Source of the DNA: Caldisericota bacterium
GTDB lineage: Bacteria; Caldisericota; Caldisericia; JAAYUI01
Length of the DNA stretch: 64,000 bases
Direction: 5' to 3'
Assembly (NCBI GenBank): GCA_029548865.1
Contig: JAKPMO010000028.1
Span: forward strand, 39,629 to 103,628
Positions 48,691-58,821 of this stretch are shown piece by piece. Below the pieces are notes generated by a model. It was not told the origin of the DNA and did not search any database. It saw nothing but the letters and a program-made list of their open reading frames with translations. Numbering within the stretch: position 1 is the stretch's first letter; every line of letters starts with the position of its first letter. The position numbers were made by a program, and so were the translations under genes.

Positions 48691-49602
48691 TCATTTGTCA
48701 AGAAGCTTTGTATGGACAAAAGAACAAATCCCCTCAAAATCTCTTGCATCAAAAACATTAAAATCCTGCCTTGACCTGATGAAAGTCATCTGCCTCTTTG
48801 CATAGTGCCTGGTCACAAGTTTCATGTCCGAGAGTGCCTTTTCAAGCGTTGTCCTGCCATGAAAGTAATCAATCAGGAAAGGGTACCCATGGGACATCAC
48901 CCTGAGGACATCAGCTTCAAGGCCATTTTCAATCACTGTTTTTATCTCGTCAAGCAGGCCGGCGCTGACCATTTCATCGGTGCGCCTGTTTATTCTCCCG
49001 TAGAGTTCTTCCATTGGCCTTGTGATGGCAATCTTTATAAAATCGTAAAGAAGGGGCTCTCTTTCAGAAAAAAGCTCCGACTGGGTCTTGCCGGAAAGCT
49101 CGTAAATCTCCAGTGCCCTTACAATCCTTTTCAAATCAGTCGGTTTTATCTTTGACGCCGAGACCGGGTCAACTGTCTGGAGTCTGGCGTATATGGCCGC
49201 CAGTCCGTCCTCTTTGGCCTCATTTTCAAGTTTTCTGCGTAAATCTGGATCACCCTCCGGGGTTTTCGAAATACCATCAATCATCATCATTAGCCACATA
49301 TAGGAACCGCCGCAAACTATCGGCAATTTTCCTCTTGAGAGAACCTCGTTTATTGCAATGCTCACATCATCAAGGTATCTGGCAACATTGTACTTTTCCC
49401 TTACGCTGACATGCCCCAGAAGGTGGTGGACAATTCCGTCCATCTCCTTTTCTGTCGGCCTGGCAGTGCCAATGAAAAGCTCGCGGTATATTTGCTGTGA
49501 ATCGCAAGAAACAACTTCTCCTCCAAACTCTTTTGCCAGCTTTATGGCAAGATCGGTCTTCCCGCTTGCAGTAGGGCCAAATATTACAGCAACTTTCTTC
49601 AC
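48691..49602 (-). CDS. miaA: tRNA dimethylallyltransferase
   Basis: GPTASGKT, SCDSQQIY, IGTARP, HHL, RIVRALE, TRHYAKRQMT; GTG start at 49602. Confidence 0.95.
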   Translation of the reverse strand: MKKVAVIFGPTASGKTDLAIKLAKEFGGEVVSCDSQQIYRELFIGTARPTEKEMDGIVHHLLGHVSVREKYNVARYLDDVSIAINEVLSRGKLPIVCGGSYMWLMMMIDGISKTPEGDPDLRRKLENEAKEDGLAAIYARLQTVDPVSASKIKPTDLKRIVRALEIYELSGKTQSELFSEREPLLYDFIKIAITRPMEELYGRINRRTDEMVSAGLLDEIKTVIENGLEADVLRVMSHGYPFLIDYFHGRTTLEKALSDMKLVTRHYAKRQMTFIRSRQDFNVFDARDFEGICSFVHTKLLDK

Positions 49603-49701
49603 ACTTTCCTTATAACAGAATTGCCAAATAAGGCAAAGGGGATTAAATATCATATTGAACAACAGGGGTATCTGGCCTGTTTGGTATTCAAGGAGGCGCA
49701 A

Positions 49702-50202
49702 ATGACAAGAAAACCAGTTCCGGTAGCTATTGTGGTGGCCGCTCTGATGCTAATTGCAGGCATCCTGGTGGCAGTATGGATTTTTGGAGACAAACCGGTG
49801 GGGCCGACACTTGAGGAAGAGAAGCCAAGGATTGAGGCCTGGATTGCGCACAAGGGGCTCAACTATGTTGGCGACCCAAAAGACATGGTGTACCCAGGCG
49901 GCTCCCCTCTGTTTGACGAAGCAAAGGGCGAGGCAAGGGACAGATATGAATACATCCGTTCCAACCACCGCGACAGACCGTGGAATGACATTGATCCAGC
50001 ATGGCTCACGGAATTTGCTCCTGGAGAGGAAACACTCTTCAGGCAATGGGCACAAGAGCAAGGATTAAACCAGTATGGTGACCCTGGGGACATGATGTAC
50101 ATGGGCGCAACGCCACTCTTTGACGAGAAAACCGGAAAAACCATTCCGCTTGCCTCCTATGTACTGGCCAAACATCCATTGAGGCCCTGGAACAGAAAGT
50201 AG
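49702..50202 (+). CDS. Membrane-anchored protein with two tandem 'GLNxYGDP...YxGxxPLFDE...PWN' repeats
   Basis: N-terminal TM; two ~60-aa repeats; AGGAGG SD before ATG 49702. Confidence 0.75.
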   Translation: MTRKPVPVAIVVAALMLIAGILVAVWIFGDKPVGPTLEEEKPRIEAWIAHKGLNYVGDPKDMVYPGGSPLFDEAKGEARDRYEYIRSNHRDRPWNDIDPAWLTEFAPGEETLFRQWAQEQGLNQYGDPGDMMYMGATPLFDEKTGKTIPLASYVLAKHPLRPWNRK

Positions 50203-50207
50203 CTGCT

Positions 50208-50257
50208 AAATCCCCACAGCTGTTTCAGTAAACAAAGAATGGCTGTGGGGATTTTTT
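50208..50257 (+). terminator. Intrinsic terminator
   Basis: AAATCCCCACAGC...GCTGTGGGGATTTTTT. Confidence 0.65.
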
Positions 50258-50406
50258 GTAAACTCATTATCAACAGATCATTACCAATCAAGCACCCAAC
50301 AAAAATTATCTTAAAAACTCAACTGCCATTTCAAACAACAAATAAAGCGTTTTGCATACATCAAACGATTTGACTTACAGACAGCAAAAAATTATCATCT
50401 AGACAG

Positions 50407-50790
50407 ATGGAGCCAAAAAAGAGCATTGCTGTTGTCGAAGATGAAATCGCAATCTCAAAACTTATTACCTATGTGCTCGAAAGCGCCGGTTTCCAAGTAA
50501 GGGCAATCTTTGATGGTGGGGAGGCGCTTGAGAAAATAAAAGAAAACCCTCCAGATCTAGTATTGTTGGACCTCATGCTACCAACGATATCCGGTTTCGA
50601 GTTGCTCTCCAGACTGAAGGGGGAACCTTGCCTTGGCAAGCTCCCTGTTATAGTGCTCACCTGCAGGGGGCAGGATGAGGACAAAGACAGGGCTTTCAGG
50701 CTCGGTGCGCTAGAATATGTTACGAAACCCTTTTCTCCAACGGGGCTTGTGACGATACTTAAAAATATCCTCTCAAGCAGTGTACAATGA
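50407..50790 (+). CDS. Single-domain response regulator
   Basis: VVEDE, DLVLLDLMLP, VLT, KPF. Confidence 0.92.
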   Translation: MEPKKSIAVVEDEIAISKLITYVLESAGFQVRAIFDGGEALEKIKENPPDLVLLDLMLPTISGFELLSRLKGEPCLGKLPVIVLTCRGQDEDKDRAFRLGALEYVTKPFSPTGLVTILKNILSSSVQ

Positions 50791-52295
50791 ACGACGAAGA
50801 AAACATCATCCGGGAGCTTGCCTCGGCCTGGGAACAACTATCAATATTTTATGACTGGAACAGCCAGATTGAGGACACATGCGGCGAAAAACAGTTCCAG
50901 AAAATCCTTACCAGGCTGACAAAATCAACTGGCTCGTCATGCGGAATAGCGGCAAAACTCGGAAGAGGAAGAGGAACAATAATTATTGCATCGCATTCGC
51001 CCAATTTTGAAAACATCAACCCCTTTTTGGAACATTTCAAAAATTCACTGCCAGATATTGAAGAAAAACTGGTACGTGGTCAAAGGGCCGCCGATAAATT
51101 TATGCTTCTTGGAACTGAACACCACATGCTTGTCATCCCATGGAGAAAAGAAAAGAGGCTCAAGGGTGTGTTTATTTTCGTAAGGCCGGACCTGCCCTAC
51201 AACAGGGCTGAATCAATCTTGCTCTCGAATGCCACCTATGAAGTATCACTGTTGATTGATTACGCAAACCTCTCATCGAGGTTCCAGGAAAAGAACAATG
51301 AACTGGGCATTCTCGTCATCAAAAATCTCGAAAACTACAAAGAGATATTCCTTGAGGCGGAAAAAATTGGCTCCCCGGATACTGCCATTTGCAACATGCT
51401 CCTGCCAGAAGACACAAAACTCCTTGGTATTTCCATGAACAGGGTATTTTTCTCATCAAAGCAGGAGGATGGCGGGAAATCCAACGATATTCCATCAAAA
51501 GAGATTCTTGCCAAACTAGAACCTCCCGTGGACAAAGATTTTTCTTCTGCAGATGGGAGGGCGCTATCGGTCAGGCACCATAAAGACAGCAGGGGAACAG
51601 CGTTTGCAACAGTAGTCGAAACTGCCACTGCACCATCACCACAGGAAATTGAAAAATTACATAAAATTGCTGAGCTTGCCACAAAAGAAGCGCTCAGAAA
51701 AGATTTTTTGGGGGCATGCATGCAAGAAGCATACGCTTCGGCCTTATTCTCCATGTCCACTATGATAAAATCATCAAACCCACAGGCGTACTCCACACTG
51801 GAGAACACCGAAAGACTCATCTCCATACTTTCAGGGGCATTATGCCTGGATGAAAATGAAAAAAAGATCCTTGAGAAATCGTTGATGCTTGTTGATATAT
51901 CGCTTATCTACATGGACCATGGGGCACTTGAAGAATACCTTGTGAAAGGGACAACTGTCTCCGGGCCTCAAACAATGAAAACGATAATGGAACATCCAAT
52001 CAAATCAGCAGAGCTTGTCCAGCCGGTAAAATCACTCTCAGAATGTGTTCCTGTGATCCGCACTCACCACGAAAGATGGGACGGCTATGGCTATCCCATG
52101 GGGCTAAAAGGTGAGGAGATACCGAAACTTTCAAGAATACTTGTCTTTGTGCAAGCCCTTTCTTCAAGGATTGCCCAGCATTCAATGGATCTGAAAGATT
52201 TTGTTCTCGTAGAAAGTGAAAGGGTGTGGCTCTCACGCCAGGCAGGGAGGGCTTTTGACCCAGAGATTGTAAAAACGTTTCTGGAATCTTTTTAG
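50787..52295 (+). CDS. GAF-like plus HD-GYP domain protein (degenerate HD)
   Basis: HHERWDGYGYPMGLKGEEIP and AFDPEIV present; HD position reads VD. Confidence 0.8.
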   Translation: MNDEENIIRELASAWEQLSIFYDWNSQIEDTCGEKQFQKILTRLTKSTGSSCGIAAKLGRGRGTIIIASHSPNFENINPFLEHFKNSLPDIEEKLVRGQRAADKFMLLGTEHHMLVIPWRKEKRLKGVFIFVRPDLPYNRAESILLSNATYEVSLLIDYANLSSRFQEKNNELGILVIKNLENYKEIFLEAEKIGSPDTAICNMLLPEDTKLLGISMNRVFFSSKQEDGGKSNDIPSKEILAKLEPPVDKDFSSADGRALSVRHHKDSRGTAFATVVETATAPSPQEIEKLHKIAELATKEALRKDFLGACMQEAYASALFSMSTMIKSSNPQAYSTLENTERLISILSGALCLDENEKKILEKSLMLVDISLIYMDHGALEEYLVKGTTVSGPQTMKTIMEHPIKSAELVQPVKSLSECVPVIRTHHERWDGYGYPMGLKGEEIPKLSRILVFVQALSSRIAQHSMDLKDFVLVESERVWLSRQAGRAFDPEIVKTFLESF

Positions 52296-52360
52296 GATGC
52301 GACCAATTCCTTTCAGATGGCGTATTATATCCTAAATAACCAAATGAAAGGGGCGCTTCA

Positions 52361-55300
52361 ATGAACAAATTTGTGACCCTTATTTTGTGTCTTGCAATGG
52401 TGCTCCAGTTTTCCCATGGCACAGCCAGGAATGTCGAACCAAAAAAAGACCCAATTTTTTATGAGTGGGCGGCATCAACCCAGAAAGAGCTGTCACTGAA
52501 AAATGTCCCCAAAACAGGATTCAAGCCATTTTTCTTCCCACACACCACAAACACTGCCATAGCATCCTATTACAGGGGAAAATTCGACTGGGACGGCACA
52601 GGAACAATTAGAATAAAATTTGGTGCAGTAAACTTCTTTTGCAAGCTGTGGGTGAACTCAAAAGAGGCCGGATCACATCTTGGCGGGTATCTGCCGTTTG
52701 AGTTTGACATCACCGGTCTACTGAAAAAAGGGAAAAACGAGCTTGTGCTCGGAGCACAGGGAATTCTTGGTGTCGTGCCAGAAATTGGCGCCAAAGACCC
52801 AAGGGCAATCAAGGAAAACTCGGTCATGCTCCCGATTGGGTCATCCTTCATGATCGGAGGAATGTGGCTCCCTTCATCAATCAAAAAACTGCCATCCAGC
52901 TTTATCGAAAAAGTATTGATTGACACGTCGGTAAGGCAAAAAACCCTGAAGGCCAGAGTCGGGCTTGGCGGTGCAGCAGAAGGCAAAAAAGGTCTTTCCC
53001 TCTCATTGTGGGTGGAAGACATCCAGGGTGCGAAACTATTTGCACTTGGCAGCAAAAATGTTGACACAGGCAAAGAAATCCCGCTTCAGGAATTCAAAGC
53101 AAGCTGGAACAATCCGAAGCTTTGGAGCCCGGAAAACCCAAACCTGTATTTCCTCGTTTCTGTCCTTTCGCAAAATGGCAAGGAGATCCACAAAGACAAA
53201 ACACGCTTTGGTTTCAGGGAGTTCTGGGTCCAGGGTGGGAATTTTTTTCTGAATGGCAAGAAGATCCACTTGAGGGCGACCTCAAGGCACCTATTCAGCC
53301 AGCGATGGGCCGATATTGACATTGAAGAAACTGCAAAGCAGGTCATCCAGAAAGCCAAGGCATTCAATTCCAACATCCTAAGATTGCATGCCAATCCTTA
53401 TCCGGAAGCCTTCCTTGAAGAGGCTGATGCCCAGGGAATCATGATAGTTGACGAATCAGCCGCATGGACCTTTGGCGGTGCTTATGCGCTTGAAAACGAC
53501 GTGTTCTGGAAAAACCTCTACAGGCAGTGGGACGACCACATCAAAAGAGACTACAACCATCCTTCATTTGTGCTTGCCTCTGCAGAAAACGAGCTGATGC
53601 TGACGGGCGGCGCAAAGAGGAAAAATATACAGGAAAACCTGCAAAAACTTGGCAAATACATCAGGGAATCCTCAGGCAGGCCGGTCATGTTCGAGGGTGA
53701 TTATGACCCAAATGGCAGTGCAGACGCAATTAACTTGCATTACCCCTGGGAACCTTCCTCACATTTTACCTATCCGAATGACGCCTATTTCCTGGATGGG
53801 TCATTCTTCACTGACATCTATCCAGCCAAAGAAATCAAATGGGACAGATCAAAACCGATGTATATCGGAGAATGTCTGTGGATGCCCGGCCCGTTCCATG
53901 AGTATGCGGTGACGGGCGGTGACTACACATACCAGGACCTGAAAAAAGGCTATTACGAATCAAAAAAGGAGCTCTTCGCCGACTACATCCAGGCATTCAG
54001 GGAGCTTGAGGTGTCAGCGTTTTGCCCCTGGAACCCTTTTGAGGACGAGAATGAAAAAACGATTTCTGCAAGCCAGCTGACCGAACTGCAAAGTGTTGTC
54101 AGCAACTGCTACAAGCCAGTGAGGTTTTTCATAAGGCAAAAGGACGACTGGCACTACGCAGGATCAAAAATCTTCAGGACCGTGACCATCCAAAACTGGT
54201 CAGAACAGCCAAAAGACCTCAAGCTGGCCTGGAGCTTCGGGAAAGGGGTTGACTCCTCAAAATCAGGCGAACTCTCATTCAGGCTTGGCCCTGATGAAAC
54301 AAAGACAATCACAATAACACTCGAACTGCCAGGCGGGCTGGTTTTTGGGAAACAGGGCTCATGGGAGGACATTCCCTTAAAAATGGCGCTTTTCGACGGA
54401 AACGTCCCTGTGCATGAGGAAGAACACCAGATACACTCATATTCGATGCCATCAAAACAGCCAGCAAAATTTACCCTTCTCGGCGGGAGCGACCAGCTCT
54501 CGAAGGACCTGTCAAATGCCAGGCTGTTCCACAAGAGGGCGCAAACTGTGGAAGAGATCACAGACAGCATCGCCATCATTGCCCCAGATTTCCTGAAACA
54601 GCAAACATTTGATGGAAGCAACAACATACTTCAGGCCCTTGAGAAAAAGGGCATCAAATATATTGTCCTCGGCCCACAGACAGAGGGCTCCATCCCCTAT
54701 TGCTCAATTGTTCCTGCAGAGCATGAAATTGAAAGGAGCAAAACCCAGTCTTTCAGGTTCACACATGTTTCATTCTCAAAAGACATTGGCCCTTTCAAAA
54801 AAGACTCGCTAATAAAATATTTTGCAGGTGACAACATAATTGCATCAGGCGCATTAAGGCCGTACAGCGATGCGCCATGCGTTCCATTTGCCAGCGCAGG
54901 GGCAGGAAACGGCCTTGTATGTGTCGGGTTTGAAGTGGAGCAAAAAGGCTTTGTGACGTGCATCGAACTAGCATCAAAAATATCGACCGAGCCAAGGTGC
55001 CACGAAATTCTCTGTTCCATGCTCAGCTACCTTTCAGAAGATAGGCAGTCCCTGCAGGCACAGCTTGTCGCCCTTTCGGACAAATCATCATCTTATCTGT
55101 CTTCACTTGGGTTCACAACCACAAAAAACAGCGCTACAAATGGTGTTCTGTATGTTGGCGAAGCCGATACGATCACGCTGAAAGACATTGAAAAACTCGG
55201 CGCCATTAAAACCATCCTGTTTGACAGGAAAGGGTTTGCTTTCCTGCCGAAACAGGACGGAGTTGACATAAAGGTGTCCCAGGCAAAACCGGAGCCGGCA

Positions 55301-55981
55301 GTCGACCTTCAGGACATGAAGGAGCTTGATGGCATGACGAGGTTTTCATTCATCGAGGCAACGGGTTTTGTTTACGACAAATGGAGAAAAAACTTTGCCC
55401 CACTTGGGAAAACCACGATAGAAAAATTCACACTCCCCAAAGACGCAAAGCTGACATGGGGCATAAAGGGCTATTTCTGCAAGGTTGAGGACTTGTACCC
55501 ACAAACAGCCTTCGTCAACATGACCGACTGGGACAAAGGCCCCTCCAACATGCCGCTGTCGCTCCTGCTCCAAAATCTTGGATGCAAAAAAACCTTCAAC
55601 ACTGATCGTGTCGAAATACCACTGTCATCATTAAAGCTCGAGGGTGGCGCCAGACACAGCCAGGAAAAAGTTGCCTTTCTGACCAATGGCAAGGCAAAAT
55701 TCCAGGCAAAACTGGAGCCTGGGGCAAAATACCAGCTCAATCTTGCGCTTTACCAGCAAAAAGCAGGCAACGAGAACGCAAAGCTTTCGATTTTACTTTC
55801 TGGGGTTAAAATTGGGTCAATAGAGGTGAAATCCACTACAGAACAGCTTTACAGACTGGAAATGGTCGCACCCTCCGGCGACTGTGAGGTGGCGCTCGTT
55901 TTTGAAAATGATTATTACAAGCCACCCCAAGACCGCAACCTTTTCCTTGGCAGACTGTTCTTAACTAGATTGACACCCTGA
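52361..55981 (+). CDS. Secreted glycoside hydrolase family 2 (beta-galactosidase-like) with C-terminal CBM-like domain
   Basis: [38 protein letters not shown]-terminal FENDYY...DRNL. Confidence 0.85.
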   Translation: MNKFVTLILCLAMVLQFSHGTARNVEPKKDPIFYEWAASTQKELSLKNVPKTGFKPFFFPHTTNTAIASYYRGKFDWDGTGTIRIKFGAVNFFCKLWVNSKEAGSHLGGYLPFEFDITGLLKKGKNELVLGAQGILGVVPEIGAKDPRAIKENSVMLPIGSSFMIGGMWLPSSIKKLPSSFIEKVLIDTSVRQKTLKARVGLGGAAEGKKGLSLSLWVEDIQGAKLFALGSKNVDTGKEIPLQEFKASWNNPKLWSPENPNLYFLVSVLSQNGKEIHKDKTRFGFREFWVQGGNFFLNGKKIHLRATSRHLFSQRWADIDIEETAKQVIQKAKAFNSNILRLHANPYPEAFLEEADAQGIMIVDESAAWTFGGAYALENDVFWKNLYRQWDDHIKRDYNHPSFVLASAENELMLTGGAKRKNIQENLQKLGKYIRESSGRPVMFEGDYDPNGSADAINLHYPWEPSSHFTYPNDAYFLDGSFFTDIYPAKEIKWDRSKPMYIGECLWMPGPFHEYAVTGGDYTYQDLKKGYYESKKELFADYIQAFRELEVSAFCPWNPFEDENEKTISASQLTELQSVVSNCYKPVRFFIRQKDDWHYAGSKIFRTVTIQNWSEQPKDLKLAWSFGKGVDSSKSGELSFRLGPDETKTITITLELPGGLVFGKQGSWEDIPLKMALFDGNVPVHEEEHQIHSYSMPSKQPAKFTLLGGSDQLSKDLSNARLFHKRAQTVEEITDSIAIIAPDFLKQQTFDGSNNILQALEKKGIKYIVLGPQTEGSIPYCSIVPAEHEIERSKTQSFRFTHVSFSKDIGPFKKDSLIKYFAGDNIIASGALRPYSDAPCVPFASAGAGNGLVCVGFEVEQKGFVTCIELASKISTEPRCHEILCSMLSYLSEDRQSLQAQLVALSDKSSSYLSSLGFTTTKNSATNGVLYVGEADTITLKDIEKLGAIKTILFDRKGFAFLPKQDGVDIKVSQAKPEPAVDLQDMKELDGMTRFSFIEATGFVYDKWRKNFAPLGKTTIEKFTLPKDAKLTWGIKGYFCKVEDLYPQTAFVNMTDWDKGPSNMPLSLLLQNLGCKKTFNTDRVEIPLSSLKLEGGARHSQEKVAFLTNGKAKFQAKLEPGAKYQLNLALYQQKAGNENAKLSILLSGVKIGSIEVKSTTEQLYRLEMVAPSGDCEVALVFENDYYKPPQDRNLFLGRLFLTRLTP

Positions 55982-55997
55982 CCGTTTATGATATAAA
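55970..55997 (+). promoter_or_regulatory. Probable metK promoter
   Basis: TTGACA-N16-TATAAA with TGn extended -10. Confidence 0.5.
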
Positions 55998-56028
55998 TTG
56001 CAGTCAATTTGTAATAAAGGGGGATGAG

Positions 56029-57195
56029 ATGGAAAAAAGATTTGTTGCATCAGAATCTGTTTGCGAGGGGCACCCGGATAAGGTCGCCGACCAAATCAGC
56101 GACGCTGTTTTGGATTCAATTCTTAAAGATGACCCAATGGGTCGCGTTGCCTGCGAGACCTTCGTTACACTGGGGATGGTCATTGTTGGCGGCGAAATCA
56201 CAACAAAAACCTACGTGGATCTTTCACACCTGGTCAGGGATGTTGTAAAGGACATTGGCTACACCGAGGATTGGACAGGTTTCACATACAATACGGTTGG
56301 TGTCCTCAACGCAATCGGAAAGCAGTCCCCCGATATAGCACAGGGCGTTGACACTGGCGGGGCCGGTGACCAGGGCATGATGTACGGATACGCCTGCAAC
56401 GAAACGCTGGAGCTGATGCCAATGCCAATCCACTATGCCCACCTGCTTGCAAAGCGCCTCGCCCAGGTGCGCAAGGAAAAAGTGCTCCCCTGGCTTGGCC
56501 CGGACGGCAAAACGCAGGTCGTTGTGGAATACATCGATGGCGTCGCAAAAAGGATTGATTCCATCGTTGTCGGTGCACAGCACTCGACAGAAATCCTTGA
56601 TGCTGCCGACCCAAGCACAATAACCGAGGTTGCACGCAAGCAGATAATCGAAACTGTTGTCGTTCCAACCGTCCCTTCCAGACTAATTGACGAGAAGACA
56701 AAGTTCTACATCAACCAGACAGGAAAATTTGTCGTCGGTGGCCCAGTTTCCGATACTGGCATAACCGGCCGCAAGATAATAGTAGACACCTATGGTGGCG
56801 CTTGTCCTCATGGTGGCGGTGCATTCTCCGGCAAAGACCCGACAAAGGTTGACCGCTCCGCCTCCTATATGGTCCGCTTTGTTGCAAAAAATATTGTTGC
56901 TGCAGGGCTAGCCAATGTTTGCCAAGCCGAGATCTCATACGTCATCGGCAAGGCAGAGCCAACCCACTTTGCGATCCGCACCTTCGGCACTGGCAAAGTC
57001 AGCGATGAAACAATAGCTAAAACTGTGACCGACCTTGTCGACCTTCGCCCGAAAGCCATCATCGAGAGGCTAAACCTGAGGCGCCCGATTTACAGGCTCA
57101 CGACAAACTATGGCCATTTCGGCAAAGAGCTTCCAGAAATCACCTGGGAGAACACAAACGAGCTGGCGCCAAAGCTTGCAGAAAAGCTGCTATAA
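56029..57195 (+). CDS. metK: S-adenosylmethionine synthetase
   Basis: [43 protein letters not shown]. Confidence 0.97.
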   Translation: MEKRFVASESVCEGHPDKVADQISDAVLDSILKDDPMGRVACETFVTLGMVIVGGEITTKTYVDLSHLVRDVVKDIGYTEDWTGFTYNTVGVLNAIGKQSPDIAQGVDTGGAGDQGMMYGYACNETLELMPMPIHYAHLLAKRLAQVRKEKVLPWLGPDGKTQVVVEYIDGVAKRIDSIVVGAQHSTEILDAADPSTITEVARKQIIETVVVPTVPSRLIDEKTKFYINQTGKFVVGGPVSDTGITGRKIIVDTYGGACPHGGGAFSGKDPTKVDRSASYMVRFVAKNIVAAGLANVCQAEISYVIGKAEPTHFAIRTFGTGKVSDETIAKTVTDLVDLRPKAIIERLNLRRPIYRLTTNYGHFGKELPEITWENTNELAPKLAEKLL

Positions 57196-57199
57196 TAAA

Positions 57200-58081
57200 A
57201 TGAAAAAAATACTTGTTCTTGTTTCTGTTGCCATCGTCCTGGCTGGTTGTGGAAGCGCCACACCTAAAAAAGGCGAGTGGTCAAAACCGGCGGAAAAACC
57301 GGTAACCGACACGTCGCCAGCAACAAGGGACGACAGCTTCGCTCCTGGAAAGGGCATGCCGGAAATCCAGTCAGAATTGACAATAGAGGTACTTCCTGTA
57401 AAAGGGAACCCCGTCCTGATAAAAGACAGCACCTTTACTGTATTGTATGGCGCAGGGCCGGAGCAGGAGGGCAAAAACCTCGCAAAAGCCCTCAAAGACA
57501 AAGGCATCAAATACATTGACTACCTCATCCAGCCGTCTTCCGACCCGGCGAGCTACATGGGCGCAATGGGCCTCGTTGGCGAAATACAGATCGGCAACCT
57601 GGAACGACTAATCGGCGATGAAAATTTTATGCGGCTCGAAAGGGCCTTCATGGGCAAATCCATGGTCGAGCTCCTGGCCGCAGGATCAATCTGGTATCTG
57701 AACGGTGTTTCTTTTGATGTTCTCTATCCAATGCAAGACGATTTTGCAAGCGGAAGGGTGCAGGACAGGACATCGGTCGTGCTCGTCACAAAGGGCAATA
57801 TTTCGTTTCTTTTGACCGGCCAGATTGATGGTACGGCAGAGAACAAGCTCATTCAGAGGGGAAAACTCAAAAAAGTCTCGGCAGTCATCGTAACCAATGG
57901 CGCGCCAGAAGGTAGCATGACCGAGGGTTTCATGCAGGCTCTGTCTCCGGAAAAAGTGTTTATTGTTGCAAGCAAGGACGCAAAACCCGCAACCCAGGGA
58001 ACACTGCTTGCGCCGGGCATAGTCTTGCGCACCGACGGCGAGGCACTTACAGAAACTTCAGCTTTAGGGAAGGGAAAGTAG
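57200..58081 (+). CDS. Lipoprotein with degenerate ComEC-like metallo-beta-lactamase fold
   Basis: Lipobox LAGC; LKDKGIKYIDYLI, SFLLTGQID, LRTDG; HxHxDH absent. Confidence 0.7.
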   Translation: MKKILVLVSVAIVLAGCGSATPKKGEWSKPAEKPVTDTSPATRDDSFAPGKGMPEIQSELTIEVLPVKGNPVLIKDSTFTVLYGAGPEQEGKNLAKALKDKGIKYIDYLIQPSSDPASYMGAMGLVGEIQIGNLERLIGDENFMRLERAFMGKSMVELLAAGSIWYLNGVSFDVLYPMQDDFASGRVQDRTSVVLVTKGNISFLLTGQIDGTAENKLIQRGKLKKVSAVIVTNGAPEGSMTEGFMQALSPEKVFIVASKDAKPATQGTLLAPGIVLRTDGEALTETSALGKGK

Positions 58082-58099
58082 CCCTTCCCTGTATTTTTT
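58066..58099 (+). terminator. Intrinsic terminator overlapping the stop codon
   Basis: AGGGAAGGG...CCCTTCCCT then GTATTTTTT. Confidence 0.6.
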
Positions 58100-58189
58100 G
58101 GATTTATAGAACTAATAATCCACCTTTCTACTCAACATGAAATGATTTTTTAATAACCTTGGTAGAACCAAACAAATATTCTCTGACAA

Positions 58190-58606
58190 TTACCTCCAGG
58201 CCATGAGGATGGCCGCGAGGACAAGCATCGTGATAAGTCTGTAGGTGCCCTGGATGAGGAAAAGCGAAAACTTGGCATTCGAGAAGAGATAATCACCAAG
58301 CATGTTTGCCGCCACGATGAAAACCCCGATGACCGCAGAAATCACAAGCCCGTCGGCGATCGTTTGCGTCCCCATGGAGATAAACATCAGGTCAAGCGCG
58401 ATTGCCGTTATGATCGTGAGCAAAAAGCTCAGGAGCATGGAGAGCATTGGGCTGTTGGTGAATTCATGAGGGTCTTTGCCAAGCGCTTTTACCCATAGGT
58501 TGCCCATGACTCCTGGCATGTAATAAATAAAGCCCACAACAAAAGCGGCAACCGAGGCCATAAGAACGGCCAGATAATTTATCTGCGAAAAATCAAATTT
58601 TAGCAT
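58190..58606 (-). CDS. DUF1761-like membrane protein
   Basis: INYLAVLMASVAAFVVGFIYY..GNLW; four TM helices. Confidence 0.8.
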   Translation of the reverse strand: MLKFDFSQINYLAVLMASVAAFVVGFIYYMPGVMGNLWVKALGKDPHEFTNSPMLSMLLSFLLTIITAIALDLMFISMGTQTIADGLVISAVIGVFIVAANMLGDYLFSNAKFSLFLIQGTYRLITMLVLAAILMAWR

Positions 58607-58821
58607 TTTTTATGCCTCCTTTGGCAGGCATTATACAATATTTGCAGGATTTTTGAAAAGCAGGACAGAATCAATCACAAGTTTTTTTGAAAACCATAAA
58701 CACAAGAACGGTTGCCTTTATGTAAACCAGAAAAAAGCCCGAAGGGTATTAATGATGGAAGCAATATTTATGGGCCAATTGAACAATTGGCTTTGGTTAC
58801 TGGTTTGGTTGAGGAGGCGAT

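Noticed and set aside
55982..56028. SAM riboswitch upstream of metK
   Set aside because: The gap is only 47 bp and is taken up by the promoter and RBS
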